64,000 nt of DNA from Paraspadella gotoi (lineage: Eukaryota > Animalia > Chaetognatha): assembly GCA_051294375.1 (NCBI GenBank), contig JBJCIZ010000239.1, positions 5,161,141 to 5,225,140 of the forward strand, given 5' to 3'. This document shows positions 1-12,964 of the stretch, in pieces. Each line of letters opens with the position of its first letter. Position 1 is the stretch's first letter. Below the pieces are notes generated by a model. The model made no database searches and was not told the DNA's origin. It saw only the letters and a program-made list of their open reading frames with translations. A program made the position numbers and the translations under genes.

Positions 1-1
1 A

Positions 2-44
<43 letters not shown>

Positions 45-46
<2 letters not shown>

Positions 47-165
47 TTTTATCTTTCTTTCTTTATTTTTCTCTTTCTTTCTTTTTCTATTTCTTTCTTT
101 CCTTCTATTTTTATATACTTCTTTCTTAATTCTTTCTATCTTTTTATCTATCCTTCTTTGTTTCT
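45..165 (+). repeat. ~120 bp pyrimidine-rich direct repeat, second copy at ~7622-7745
   Basis: 'tttatctttctttctttat...ctttccttctattt(c)ttatatacttctt...ttctttctatctttttatc' is present at both positions with small indels. Low complexity, but the colinearity is specific. Confidence 0.65.
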
Positions 166-777
166 TCCCCACAGCGAGATACGTTTGAAAAAACTCAAAT
201 GAACCCCGAATAAATAACGCGCTTTGTGAAATCTCTGTATCAATTCGATAGTACCCTACTCTCGTCTCTGCAACGAATCGACACAACAAATTAGAACCAT
301 AATGACGACGACGGCGAACGACGACGAAGACGACGACGACGACGACGACGACATACTCTCACGACGCGTCTTCTTTCAACAAATGGCGCCTTTGAAGATG
401 AGAACTGAAAATTAAAAGCGAATTTCCGAAACTTTTAACTTTTTTGGGTTTTTTTTTATCGGTTTTTAAAAGGCTTTTCCCCACGATTTCAAAGCCCAAA
501 ATGTGGTTGTATTTTAATCGTCTTTCACTCGGGATTATTTAAAAAAAAAAGGATACACGGCATAATACAGTATTGTAAATAACTTACAATTAGCACTATT
601 GAGCCGACATCTTCATTCTCGCCGCTGTGTTTCAACGTGATTAGAAGAAATAAATTACAAAATTGTTAATAAATGAAAAAAGACAATAATGATGTGATCA
701 AAAAAATAAAAGATAATAAGGTTTTAGATGAAAATTAGCCCACGAAACGACTTAAACATTTACCTCTCCATCTCTCA

Positions 778-808
<31 letters not shown>

Positions 809-1431
809 AGAATTCTCTCCCGGGTCTCATCTGGACTCATTAAAAAACCAAAAAAAATCTTTGCTGGAGGTGTCTCGCACGCGCTCTGGGGTTCGATTTG
901 CGCGGAAATTGCTGGTGAAGATGTATATGATCTTACGTGAGATTGAATCTTTCAATCTCATTTACATATTGTAGTTTAACCTAAATGAGTTTATTTTACT
1001 TCTTTTATTTCAACTCAGTTCTGTTTTTTTTTTTCGGTTTTTTATGAAGTCAATTATAGTCTTTAGTACAATGAATTAATCAATCCATGATTCTCACAAG
1101 TAAGAGATTTCGAAGTAAAATTGAAGTACAATTGAAATTTCATTTTATAATAAAGCTGTATCTTTTGAACTCTTGGGTACTCTGGCGTCATTTTGCCATC
1201 GTATAAATGGCATAGAGATTTGAAGAAAAAAAAAGATTTTGCTGCTGAATAGTTGTTGATGTAGTGTAGACCGCAAAACCTCTCTCGGCTGAGTCGTCTA
1301 CAGCGATGCCTGGAGTGAAGGTGAGTATTCTTTTGTTCGAATGAGTCGGCGGGGAGAGGTGGAGGGAGGAGGAAGAGGAGGACGGAAAGAAGATTAAAGT
1401 GCAAGGACAAAAAATGCGGATCTCTTTTCAA

Positions 1432-1640
1432 TGTGGCCCATTTCTGTTCGTTTTTCCCCGGTTGATCCTTAATTTTAACCCTAATCCTAACTGCAAGTCC
1501 CTATCACTACAAATCCAAACTTAATCACTTACGCTAATCCCGTAACTAATCCCATCCTTAACCTATATCAAATTCTTCAACTAAAAATTAATCAAAATTT
1601 AAATCAAAGTGAAATTGGGTCGTTCTGGAATATAAGGCCG
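1432..1640 (+). mobile_element. Partial copy A of MITE-like family with internal degenerate (TAACCC)n repeats
   Basis: Shares 'ccatttctgttcgtttttcc' with 4468-4490. A degenerate taaccc/taatcc tract follows, and it ends in 'gggtcgttctggaatataaggcc', resembling the reverse complement of 36117-36141. Confidence 0.55.
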
Positions 1641-1935
1641 AAAGAGTTACTGAGGGTGAGAAAACAAGGTTGGAGTTGAGTTTGAGTTTGAGTAAAGAGT
1701 TACAAAAATTGATCGAAAGATTGACAGATTGAACAACGGATGGTACGGCAAATGTTTGGATGAAATGGATGTACAAAACATGTAGTGGTTTTATTTTAGT
1801 GAAGAAAAGGGTAAAGTGTGACGTCGTCGTCGTGTCGTCTTTCCTTAAACAAATGACCAAAGAAGCGGGAAGAGAGAGAGAGAGAGTAAAGAGAGAGAGA
1901 GAGAGATAGAGATAGAGAGAGAGAGAGAGAGAGGC

Positions 1936-1979
<44 letters not shown>

Positions 1980-2494
1980 GAAGAGAGGAACGAGAATTGT
2001 CAACAACAAATCGACCGTGAGTTCCAACGTTGATTTAACGTGAACTGGTTTTTAAAAACTTTTTGACTTTCCGGGGCATCAATTACGATCGTCGTCGTTG
2101 TTCGTGTGTCGTTGTTGTCATTGTCTCGTCGCATGCGGTTGCCATCACGTTCGTTAGTCCTTTGTTGTTGTTTGTTGTCGATTTGTTGTCGATTGTCGTC
2201 GTTGGAAATCCCCATCCGTCTCGATCTTTCTTCGTGACAGTCATTTTCGTCTTCCCAATTCCTCCTCCCGCAGTTCCTCTCTCTTCAGTCTTTCCTCTTC
2301 TCTCTCGTCTCTCTCTCTCTCTTCTCTCTCTTCTCTCTCTCCTCCCCTCTCTCCTCTCCTCTCCCTCTCTCCTCTCGTCCTCTCTCCCTCCTCACTCCTC
2401 CTCCCCTATTTCCCCCTCCTTTTACGGCTTTCATCTTGGAAAGCGACCACACTCGATCACGTGAGCAATCCCGAGCCACTGTTCCCCATTTCTT

Positions 2495-2720
2495 TTCACT
2501 TGGCTTTACTTTTCTTTTTATTTCTTACTTTTTATTTTCGTTCTTTGGTTAAGTTTTTTCTTTTCTATCTACTTTTTTGTTCTCTTTTTATTTCTTTACT
2601 TTTCTTTTCTTTGGCTTTACTTTACCTTTTTCTTTATTCTGTTTATTTTCTTATTTTTTTATTCTCTTATTTTGTTTTTCTTTACCTTTTTTTTATCTTG
2701 GCTTTACTTTTCTTTTCTTC
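2495..2720 (+). repeat. Three degenerate ~100 bp tandem units anchored by 'ttggctttactttt'
   Basis: The anchor motif recurs at ~2499, ~2611 and ~2698 within T/C-rich sequence. Confidence 0.5.
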
Positions 2721-4443
2721 TCTCTTTCTTTTTTCCTTCCCTTCTCTTCCTCTTCTTTTCTTCACCTCTCTTTCCAACCCGCCTTCCCCCGCCTCCTCAC
2801 TTAACCCCTCCTCCTCACCCGCACTCATCGCCTCCGGCCAGAGACAAATTTGAAGAGTTCATAAACCTACATTCAGACACCGTCATTGATTTCTTCCTCT
2901 CTCATCATCTCCCTCGTATCTCCTCTCGTTCTTCATCTCTCCTCTCTCTTCTCTCTCTCTTCTCATCTTCGCCCTCTCTCTTCCGTCTCTCTCTCCTCCT
3001 CCGCCTCCTCTTCCGCCCACCCCACCACCTCCTCTCTCCCAGATTGTCGTCGCTTCTCGACGAATTTGGCTTTCTCTCGAAACCCACTTTGTCTGCGTGA
3101 GAGAGAGAGAGAGAGAGAGACTGAGAGAGCAGAGAAGAGAGTAGAGAGAAGAGAAGAGGAGAGCACCGCACCCCCGACGCCCCAGACACCGCACCGCACC
3201 GCCCCGAAAATTGTTTTCTTATTGAAAAAAGGCGGTAATTTTTGGGTGGAGTGTTCATAATAAATCGAATAAGACGAGGAACAGAAAGTGCACCCCCACC
3301 TTCTCTCTCCACACACAGTTACAATCAACCCTCCACTCGTGTCTAACACATCCAAAACCACTGTCCTCCCCCCTCCCCCATCCCGTCTTACACTTGCTCC
3401 ATATAACACACCGCATTTTACTCTTCTCACACAACCCCATACCTTACTCTCTCTGGCGTTTCCGTCTCTCTCCCCGCTCTCTTCTCTTATCTCTATCACA
3501 CCTCTTCTCTTCACTCTAACCAGCCACACTCGAAACTAAACAACCACCTGCACCGTCCCACACTCTTCTCTTCTCTCTCTCTACGCTACAACCTCGCACA
3601 CGCAGACCTCACACACACACACACAGCCCCTCGCGATCGATCCACCCCTACAAATCACAGCTTTTTGCCCTTAGCGCCCGAATCCGACAACCAACAAACC
3701 AAAGATCACCCCAAACGCCCTACTCGTCTCACACACAGATTCTATGCCTCTCCTTTTTTTCCTCTAAAAACCACATGCAACACACCACAAAGTTGCCTGT
3801 TTGTCTTTCAACGCCCATCATTCTCTTTCCGCGACGACTTTTTCTCTCTCGCCACACCCTTTCACCCAGCGTTCCAATCTAACTTCCTCACCCCTCATCT
3901 TTTTCTCTAATATATCTCTAAAAACCCCTAATGCTCTTCTCTCTCTCCCTTCCTCTCTCCTCCTCTCTCCTCCTCGTCTCTCTCCCCCCATCTCTCTGCT
4001 CTCCTCCTCTCTCCTCCTTCTCTCTCTCCTTCCTCATCTTTCAATCGCTCCCATCCGCCCCGCCCCCCCCCACCTCCTCACTCTGCTCTTCTGCACCCCA
4101 CTTTACGGCACATCAACCCATCCGCCCAGCCGAACTTTCTCTCTCTTCCACTTTATATACGAAGGGTTTTTTACAATATACTCTCTCTCTCTCTCTTCTT
4201 CTCTCTCTTCTCTACTCTCTCTCTCTCTCTCTCTCTTCTTCTCTCTCTCTCTCTCCCGTCCGAAAGGAGGGTTTTTAATTTCACCTCTTCTCGCCTAAAA
4301 TTTTCTTTAAACCCCTTTTTAAACCGCGAGAGACGGACAAACGAAATTTCTTTTCTTTTTTTAGAAAGGCATGAAAATAAATTGAGAAGTCGAGCTGACT
4401 TTGGACATCTTGTGGAGATGTGCTTGAGTGGGTTGGGGGGAAA

Positions 4444-4725
4444 GGGGCTCTATTTTACGAGAGTCCCCCATTTCTGTTCGGTTTTTCTTCCAGATTTTAA
4501 TATTCTATTCCTGATAGAACTAAATAATTCAATCCTTAATCAATAAATCTATAATTAGTAACCCAAACCCTAACTTAATTTAAGAAGGTCCAAGCTTGTA
4601 AACAAAGCTAAATCCTCTTCCCTAATCACGTAACATTAATCCAAACCTAGATCCATAAACTCTAACCATACATCTTTAACAGAAACAATAATTAACTATA
4701 TTTAGAATTTAAGATAAAATGAAAG
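4444..4725 (+). mobile_element. Copy B of MITE-like family with internal degenerate (TAACCC)n repeats
   Basis: Starts 'ggggctctattttacgagagtcccc' (TIR-like), then 'gttcggtttttcttccag' and a taaccc-like tract. Ends 'gaatttaagataaaatg', which matches the reverse complement of ~36141-36157. Confidence 0.6.
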
Positions 4726-5247
4726 CGCATAGATGTGGATCACTGCGTGCGTAACTTGAATCATGTAACTTTAATTTTTGTCAAAGGCATTTCTTGCCTT
4801 TCTAATGTAGTTTTAAAAAAGTCGTTTTATTCTCTTTAATGCCATTTATGTCATTCTTCATATGGGCTGATATATTGTAGTCGTCTCGTCGTCGTCGTCG
4901 TCGTCGTCCGTCGTCGTCGGTCGTCGTCGTCTCGCTTTTTTCCTTCTTAGTCATTTGTCCTATAGACTTTTTTAAAATCATCGAAGTCAAAGTCTCAACC
5001 TTATCTCAACCCGTCATCCGCTTTTACTGTCGGTCTTTGTCTCACAATGTTCTCTGGTCACTTCACAACCCATAAACTGCGTCGCTCTGACCTCGTCCGC
5101 TCTCGTTCGCTCCGTCGCTCGTCGCCTCGCTAGTCGCCGTCCGTCGTCTTTTTGACTCTCACACACGGGCTCACGCCGCAAATTTGTCAACTCGCGCGCT
5201 GCGTCAGCCAAGTTTGATTTGGGAAACCTTTCCAAATGAATACTTCA

Positions 5248-5810
5248 TACATTTTGAGAAGAACTTTCAATGGACCAAAATTTTCCTAAAATGGTAGAAG
5301 CATTGTAATTAATTTTTTAATATTTATTTATGAGATAGGAAATGTCAAAAATTTTTTTAAAATTTTGTTATTTTTAAAGCAGATTCAGATAGCTTATAAC
5401 AAAAGTGTGTCTACACAAAGTTAATAATTCTTTTTTTCAAATATTTTGATGATAAGTGGGTCCAAACTGGGAAAAAACCTGAAAAAATCATCATCATCAT
5501 CATGATCCGATGTTTTAGGGCAGTTTTTTACTAATTTTAAGTAATAAAAACATCAAAATTCTTTAAAAAAGTTGTAATTATATTTTTGGCTTAACTTTTT
5601 AAGCTCTATCAGAATCATTAAAAAAACTAAAATATTAAAAAAAAATTTTTGACATATATATATGGGCAATATAATAATATAAATTCAGCGAAGTTACTCG
5701 CCTGGTTCGAAACATTTTTTCAAAAAATATTTAATACTAATAATTAATATCCAACTAATGGATTAGTTTAATGCTGTTCCCATTAAAATTTGAATTTTTG
5801 GTCGGCTACC
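5248..5810 (+). mobile_element. Left arm of a diverged ~550 bp inverted repeat (partner 8505-9025); foldback/TIR element arm
   Basis: 'ctttcaatggac...cagattcagatagct..taa..aaaagt.tgtctacacaaagt..taatt' matches the reverse complement of 8850-9012. Homology continues to ~5810/8505 with many substitutions. Confidence 0.75.
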
Positions 5811-7047
5811 GCTATTAAGCGTTCGTTTTCTTCTTGCCCTTTTATGGTTCGCTCTTTTTTTCTTGTCATTTTGAGGGTCAAGTTTCCAATTGGCGGACAA
5901 AATAAATTCTCGTAACTCCGTACGTGTTTTTAAATGCGTTTTAAGATTCCTCGTGTTGTGATGATAATATATTAAGAATAATTAAACTTTTAATAAAGAG
6001 AAACATGGACATATCGTCTTGGCTTTCGTAACGGCAGAGCCTCGCAAATAATTTCGGAGGTTCATAACCTTTTTCACGCCCGCGGAGTCGAGGGTTCGTC
6101 GCCCGTCAAAACGAGTACAAGAAAAGTTGAATAACCTTATTTCTTCTATCGTTAACATTTAATTATTACTGTTAACAATTTCCGCTTAAAATTTTTATGT
6201 TTTTACAATTAGACATCTTTTCTTTTAACTTTCGAATATTTCTTTATTAATTATTGGTACCAATATTATGAATATTTTTCAGTACTCAAAAGAAAAAAAA
6301 AAAAAACGCAATAATATTCTCGGTCGAAAACAACACTACAATATGAAAAAAAAGTTTAAAGGAGAAGGTACTGTGGTAACAATTTATAATTTAAATATAG
6401 TAACCGGCGTTTTATGTCGGTTTTATTCGTTGAATGCTAGATGTTAATAGAGTTCAACGGATAACTACATCTAAAGGAACAAATAACATCAACAGAAATA
6501 TTCGAAAAACAAGCGGAGAAAAAAGCAACAACGACAACAAAAATGACGACGAGCAACAACATAATATAACAACAACAAGCAACAACAACAACAACAAGGG
6601 AAAGTCTAAAGATCGCCCAATCGTTTTCGGTTCGATGAAATCAAGAAGAAAAAAAGAATACAAGACGCGAAACGAATTTGTTTGAGGACAACAACAACAA
6701 CAACAGAAATACAACAAAAAAGGAAGACGACACGACTACAACGACGAAACGACAACTTTTTTTGGTGAAGATGGGGCGATTGTAAGCGACTGACGACGCG
6801 AGACGACGATAACGATGTTGTGGTGAGGATGATCTCTGTCTCTGTCTCTATCTTTCTCTTTCTCTCCTCTCTCTCTGTCTGTCTTTTTTTCCATTCTCTT
6901 TCTTTCTTTCGTTTTTTTCTGTTCTTCTTTCTTTCTTGCTGTTCCTTCTTTCTCTTTCTTTCTTTTACTTTTCTTTCTTTTCTTTTCTTTCTTTTTTCTT
7001 TCTTTCTTGTCTTTATTCTTAATATCTCATTTTCTTTTTTGACTCTC

Positions 7048-7090
<43 letters not shown>

Positions 7091-7453
7091 TTCTCTCTCT
7101 CTTTCTCTCACTTTCAGTCTGTCTTCTATTTTTATCTCTTTAAGTATTAATTTATAGCTGTAGAAATAATCCTTTAACAAACATGATTTTTCCTTCTCAA
7201 ATTTCTACGACCATTGTCGTCGGTCGGTTATTCATTTCGTCGTTGGTCGTCATCGTTGTCGTCACAAATCGGTCTTCACGGATTTGTTGACCAACCTCAC
7301 ATGTTACGGTATTCGCATCTTTTTGGTTGTTGTTGTTGGTATATTGTCGGTTGTTGTTGCTTTCGTTTTTGCGGATTGATGAAGAGGTTGGAGGGAAAAT
7401 GGTAATCGAGGGAAATTTGAAAATGAGAAAGAGAGAGAGAGAGGAGAAGAGAG

Positions 7454-7497
<44 letters not shown>

Positions 7498-7568
7498 AAT
7501 AGAGTGATGAGAAAAAGAGAAAGGTTGACTTTTTAAGTACGAGTTTTGAATTTTGTATATCTTGTCTT

Positions 7569-7608
<40 letters not shown>

Positions 7609-8504
7609 TCTCTCTCTTCTTAATTTTATCTTTCTTTCTTTATTTGTTCTCTTTCTTTCTTTTCTATTTTCTCTTTCTTTCCTTCTATTTCTTATATACT
7701 TCTTCTATTCTTTCTATCTTTTTATCATCCTTACTTTGTTTCTTTCTTTCTTTTTTTTCTTTCAGTTCAAACCATTTTTTCCTTTTGGCTTCGATATTGT
7801 TTATTTCATCATTTCCTTTTTGAATCTCTTTTCGTTGCGGCTTCATATCACTTACCATCTCTTCTCTTCTTCTCTCTCTCTTTCTCGTCTCGTCTCGTCG
7901 TCGTCTCGTCTCTCTCTCTCTCTCGTGCNNNNNNNNNNNNNNNNNNNNNNNNNTCTCTCTCGTCTTGATTTCACTTGCTGATAGAGTTTCCTTTTTCTCT
8001 GTTTGTGAAATCTTATCGTCTTTTGTCTAGACGAAACTTTACCGAACAAACGCGGATATATTTTTAAAATTGAATTTCCATTTTAGCTAATCTAAAATTA
8101 ACAAAAGCACCCTTCCCAATTATTTGGTTATGATATTTTTTTTTTCATTAAAATTCTGAGCTCCTGTGAAATTTGTTTCCCAAAATAATAAGAATACATG
8201 GTTTTTTTTGTTTTTTTTTAATAATTTTTGGCGTCTCATAGATGATCTAATTGTACCCAATTTATAAGAATTTAGAAAAGTCAGTTTTTTTCTTATAATT
8301 TTGTCAAAAAAATTTCGTTTTCAATTGATCTGCATTTGTTGAAATAATGACTGTTTGGATTTCTTTCCTTTAAATCATTTACATATTGCAGTATAATTCT
8401 TGGGACCGATTCAACTGACTTAAAAATAAAAGCATAAAACGTTATGTAGGATTTTCCTCTAAAAATATAATTAAGTTTTTTTATATAATTTGAATGGAAT
8501 TGAA

Positions 8505-9025
8505 ACATTTAAAAAGCCAGAACCGATGAAATTTAAATGCTAAGGTATCCAACGTTAAAATAATTTATTATGGGCATAGATTATAGTATTAAAGTATTTT
8601 TTGTCAAAAATGCTTTCTTCTGAGTGTACTAGCCTAATTAAAATTATTATATTACTATATAGAGAATGGTTTCTGATGGAGCATAAAAAGTTAAACAAGA
8701 AATATAATTTACAGCTTTTAAAAAATCTTACGTTTTCTTAGTAAAAATCTAAAAAAACTGATAAAAACATCGAAAGATGATTATGATGATAATTTTTTAC
8801 AATTTATTTTAATTTTTGATCAACTTATCATAAAAATATTTAAAAAATAATTATACTTTGTGTAGACAACTTTTTATGAGCTATCTGAATCTGGTCTTAA
8901 AATTTAATATTTTTCCAAGAAATTTTTGGATTTTTCTATCTATAAATAAATATTAAAAAAATAATTACAAGGGTATGGAGCCATATAATAAATTTTTTGT
9001 CCATTGAAAGTATACTTAAAATGTA
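8505..9025 (-). mobile_element. Right arm of the diverged inverted repeat (partner 5248-5810)
   Basis: Contains 'actttgtgtagacaactttttatgagctatctgaatctgg' and 'gtccattgaaag', which are reverse complements of 5380-5422 and 5264-5275. Confidence 0.75.
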
Positions 9026-9214
9026 AAAATTTTCTTTTGAGCAAGTACTCGCTCTAAATTTTTAACTCTCCCCATTGAGTGCGGCTACCCTTAATTTAAA
9101 GGTTAAAAAGAACGCAAAAAGCTTTCCTTTAATTATCTCTCTTATTTTTTTTTTTTCGTATACGGCGTAAATTTTAATATGTAGAGCGTTGATCCTTTAT
9201 GAAATTGGAATAAC

Positions 9215-9375
9215 AAATATAATTATTATCCATTTGTTTATAAATAAGCATTGGTCAGGCTTAGGTGGATCAAGCCCTCAATCACACTTACAAGATAATG
9301 ACATAGCAATTCCCTGCAAGCTTTCATTCAAGGCTCTCTCACAGTCTCGCTTATTCACTCCCAGAATTTAGGTTT
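9215..9375 (+). mobile_element. Partial copy of ~300 bp MITE family (full copy 31722-32030)
   Basis: 'cttacaagataatgacatagca..tccctgcaagcttt..tcaag.ct.tctcacagtctcg.ttattcactcccaga' is shared with 31828-31907. Confidence 0.75.
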
Positions 9376-10291
9376 ACTGTTTTGTCAGTTGAGGTATCAG
9401 CTAGTTTACTTGACCTCAATTATATTTTATATTTTATTGAAACTTTAAATATATATATATAGATATATCTGTATTTTCTTGTTGATGATATTTACAACAA
9501 TCAACATTATGTACCCGAAGAACTACATTTGGTTTCATCATTGGACCTTGGTTTCCGCTTTTCAACAGCCGTCCGTCCGTCGTCTGTCTCGTCGTCGTCG
9601 TCCAGAAAATTGTAAAATGTTTTTGTTTGACGATTATTTGGTTTTTTTGCAAACGTTATTTATTAAAAAAATCGGCCTCTCTAAGAAAAGAAGAAGGACA
9701 TGAGACGACGATCAGACTACGACTACGACTGCGCCGAGAAGCGTGCACCGACGGGTAGTGAAGGAGAATCTGAGTGATATTGAAGAGCAGAGGCGAGAAC
9801 CGAGGAGAGACTGAGAAGATCGAGAGAAGAGGAAGGAGAGGAAGAGGAAATGATGGAGGAGACACAACAGACGAAGAGAAGAGAACGCGGAAGAGCAGAA
9901 GAGAGAGGAGACGAGAGAGAGAGGAAGAAGAAAGAAAAAAAAAAGCAAGAGGAGATAGGTGATCAACACCGGTGGGAATCACGCTCACCGAAATCAATTC
10001 ACGAGAGAGAGAGCAGAGAGAGATGAGAGAGAAGGGAGAGAGAGAGAGGAGAGAAGAGAGAAGACGAGAGAGGAGACGATAGGAGAGACGATCGACGCTC
10101 AAAATTGTAATAAAAACACNNNNNNNNNNNNNNNNNNNNNNNNNNNNNNNNNNNNNNNNNNNNNNNNNNNNNNNNNNNNNNNNNNNNNNNNNNNNNNNNN
10201 NNNNNNNNNNNNNNNNNNNNNNNNNNNNNNNNNNNNNNNNNNNNNNNNNNNNNNNNNNNNNNNNNNNNNNNNNNNNNNNNNNNNNNNNNNN

Positions 10292-10905
10292 AGAGAGAGA
10301 GAGAGAGAGAGAGATAGAGAGAGAGAGAAAGGGAGAGTGAGAGAGATCGGTTTTGGCAATTCCTGCCTCTTTGAATGTCAGGACCGGAATTTCCGGGAGA
10401 GGAAGAAAAGGAGGAGGAGGAGAAAGAAGAGAATAGTATTATTTATAAAAGTATTATTTATTTATAGAAGTTATCCACTCTTTTAACAAATAAGCACTCA
10501 GTATATAAGATGATAGACAGACGCGGGTCTATTACCCCCTCCTTCTCATTCACCTCCTCTTCATCCTCCTCCCAGGGATTCGGGGCCGCGTTCACGAGAT
10601 TCAGTTCACCTTTCTCTCTTTTCCTATTCGTTTCTCTCCCTTTTTTACCCTCATGATTGTCGCCGTATACATTTTCCTGCCGTCAATATATATTTTCCCG
10701 CATTCTCGTGACTTTACTTCCGGTTAGGATACCTTTTCAGAGTGACGCCCAATTGTGTTGCTCGAACATCTAACCACAAAAAAAAAACCCCAGGATGTGC
10801 TTTACTTTACTTCCGGTTAGGATACCTTTTCAGAGGCAATCTTGCCCATGACTTTGAACATCTTTTATCTTATATTTTATATCTTATTGATTTATATCTA
10901 GTTTT
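10292..10905 (+). repeat. Left copy of inverted duplication (partner 15125-15970)
   Basis: 'gggattcggggccgcgttcacgagattc', 'acaaataagcactcagtata' and 'atattttatatcttattgatttatatct' all occur reverse-complemented at 15125-15930. Confidence 0.9.
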
Positions 10906-11032
10906 TATTTGTTTACTGTGTTCCAGTCTTTTTACGCTGCTATTGATCTGTTACTAATTTTGTTTTCAATTATGTTAATATCGTTTTTGTTATTAATAAA
11001 AAAAAATTGTATTACCTATCGTTGTTTTTTCT

Positions 11033-11230
11033 ATGGGCGCAATCCTAAGTGGGCGCAATTCTACAGGGCGGATTACTATGTGGGCGGAATACTACGGAGG
11101 CCCAATTCTTTTTGGGCGCAATTTTACATGGGCGCGATCCTGCGTGCGTAATTATAAGCGGGCGCATTGGCGCAATACTGTGGGCGCAATTATCTGGGCG
11201 CAATCCTACGTAGGTACAATCCTAATGGAA
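11033..11230 (+). repeat. Minisatellite, ~17 bp unit (tgggcgcaatyctac), about 11 degenerate copies
   Basis: 'tgggcgcaat' recurs at about 17 bp period. Confidence 0.85.
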
Positions 11231-12554
11231 CCCTGTTTTGATTACGTTTTTTATTTCATTTTTTTTTTTGGTTTCTCTTCTTCTAGTCTGTCTTTTTTTT
11301 CTTTATTCGTTTATTTTCATTTCTTTTCCTTTTCCTTTTTCTCCCTTCCTCTCCTTCTCTCCCTTTTCTCCTTCTTTCTCTCCTCCTCCTCTCCTTCTCC
11401 TCTCCTTCTCTCTCCTTCCATTCCATCTCCCCCAACACGCCGTCCCGAGATTCCTTTCAGTCTTTCGCCAGGAATCGTGGCAGAAGTAACAAAGTTGACC
11501 CACGAACTCAAACGAGTCTTCAAAGGTTTGACCTTAATCACGAAGGTCGTTCTTCGTCGTCGTCGTTCGTCGTCGTCGTCGTCGTCGTCGTTATCGTCGT
11601 CTTTCCAGAATTAATCGGGTGAGACGATGATTTTTCTTCAAAGGCGTTCGGTTTTTTTNNNNNNNNNNNNNNNNNNNNNNNNNTTCGGTGCGGTCGGGGT
11701 CGTCTCCGTCTGTCCGTCAAGTTGGTGCGTTTAAAAAAAGTGCAAGAAGTAGTATTGTATATCATTTTAACCTTTCAACTTGGTAGGATACCCGGATACC
11801 CGTTGTACCAGAAAAGAGTAATACGTATATGTTTGGATACTCATACAGTCACGTGATCTCATGAAAAGTACGTTCTACTGACCACTAATAAATGCTGTTT
11901 TTTTGGGGGTTTTTTTTAGTTAGAATATTTTAACCGATAAGTGATCAACAGTCACGTGCACGTTTTCTAGTCACGTGATCACTGGCACGCGTGCACTCAA
12001 GTATAACGGTGCTCCTCAACGCCTGGAAGTTGCCAGTTCTTTGTTTCTTGGTTTCAAAAGGGAAATGATACTTTGATTTTGCTTTGGGAAAAATAACTTC
12101 CTTTTTCATTGCTTTATTTTGATTTCTCATCTCATCGCTTTTAAAATTTCATACGAGTTCTTTACTTTAAAAACTTACATTTTATCTCCTCTGGTTTCCA
12201 AAGATTATCCGCCGAGTTTTTCGATAAAAATCAACGACAACAACAACAACAAAAACATCCTTTGTATCGGATCTTTGTCGTCGGTCTTCGTCGTCTCCTC
12301 GTAGTCGTCGTCATCTTTAATCGTCGTCCGTCGTCGTCATCGTCGTCACCGGAGTCGTCTCATTATCGTCGTCGTCTAAATTATTTTCGTATCAAAGGAT
12401 CAACGAGTGAAGCGACGAAAAAAAGAAAAAAGAAAAAAACATAAAAAAGAAAATGAAAAAAATTCTGGAGGGCGAAGAATCGGCAAAATGAGGGAGGGTG
12501 AGGGTGGGTGGGTGAGGGGGGTGGGTGGAAAGTCTATCTTGTGAAGAGATGAAA

Positions 12555-12605
12555 GGCCTTAAACCACCATAGCCTGTCCAAGTCAGGGGGATAAATCTAT
12601 ATTGG
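12555..12605 (-). mobile_element. Isolated TIR fragment of the 31722-32030 MITE family
   Basis: 'ggccttaaaccaccatagcctgtccaagtcagggg' is the reverse complement of the TIR 'cccctgactttgaacaggctttggtggtttaaggcc'. Confidence 0.7.
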
Positions 12606-12665
12606 TTGCACCAATTTAAAATATAGTCCTGCGAGTGAAAATGAAAACGAACCATTTCCCGTCTT

Positions 12666-12718
<53 letters not shown>

Positions 12719-12855
12719 TATTATATCTCTCTCTCTCTCTCTCTCTCTCTTCATCTCACGATCCTTTATGCTCATTTTTTCTGCTCGTCTTTCTCTCTTT
12801 GCAATTGCGTACCGATCCTATGCTCATTTTTTTGCTCTCTTCTTATCTCTTCTCT

Positions 12856-12922
<67 letters not shown>

Positions 12923-12964
12923 TTCTCTCTCTCTCATAAATATAAAGCATTCAACGTAATATGT

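Noticed and set aside
1306-1320. Ribosomal protein S19 N-terminus (MPGV...)
   Set aside because: Only four residues match (MPGVK vs MPGVTVK), and I found no downstream RPS19 exons.
10711-10835. Two exact 32 bp direct repeats (actttacttccggttaggataccttttcagag) with a 61 bp spacer, CRISPR-like
   Set aside because: Only two repeats, a long spacer, eukaryotic context and no cas genes; this is a simple local duplication.
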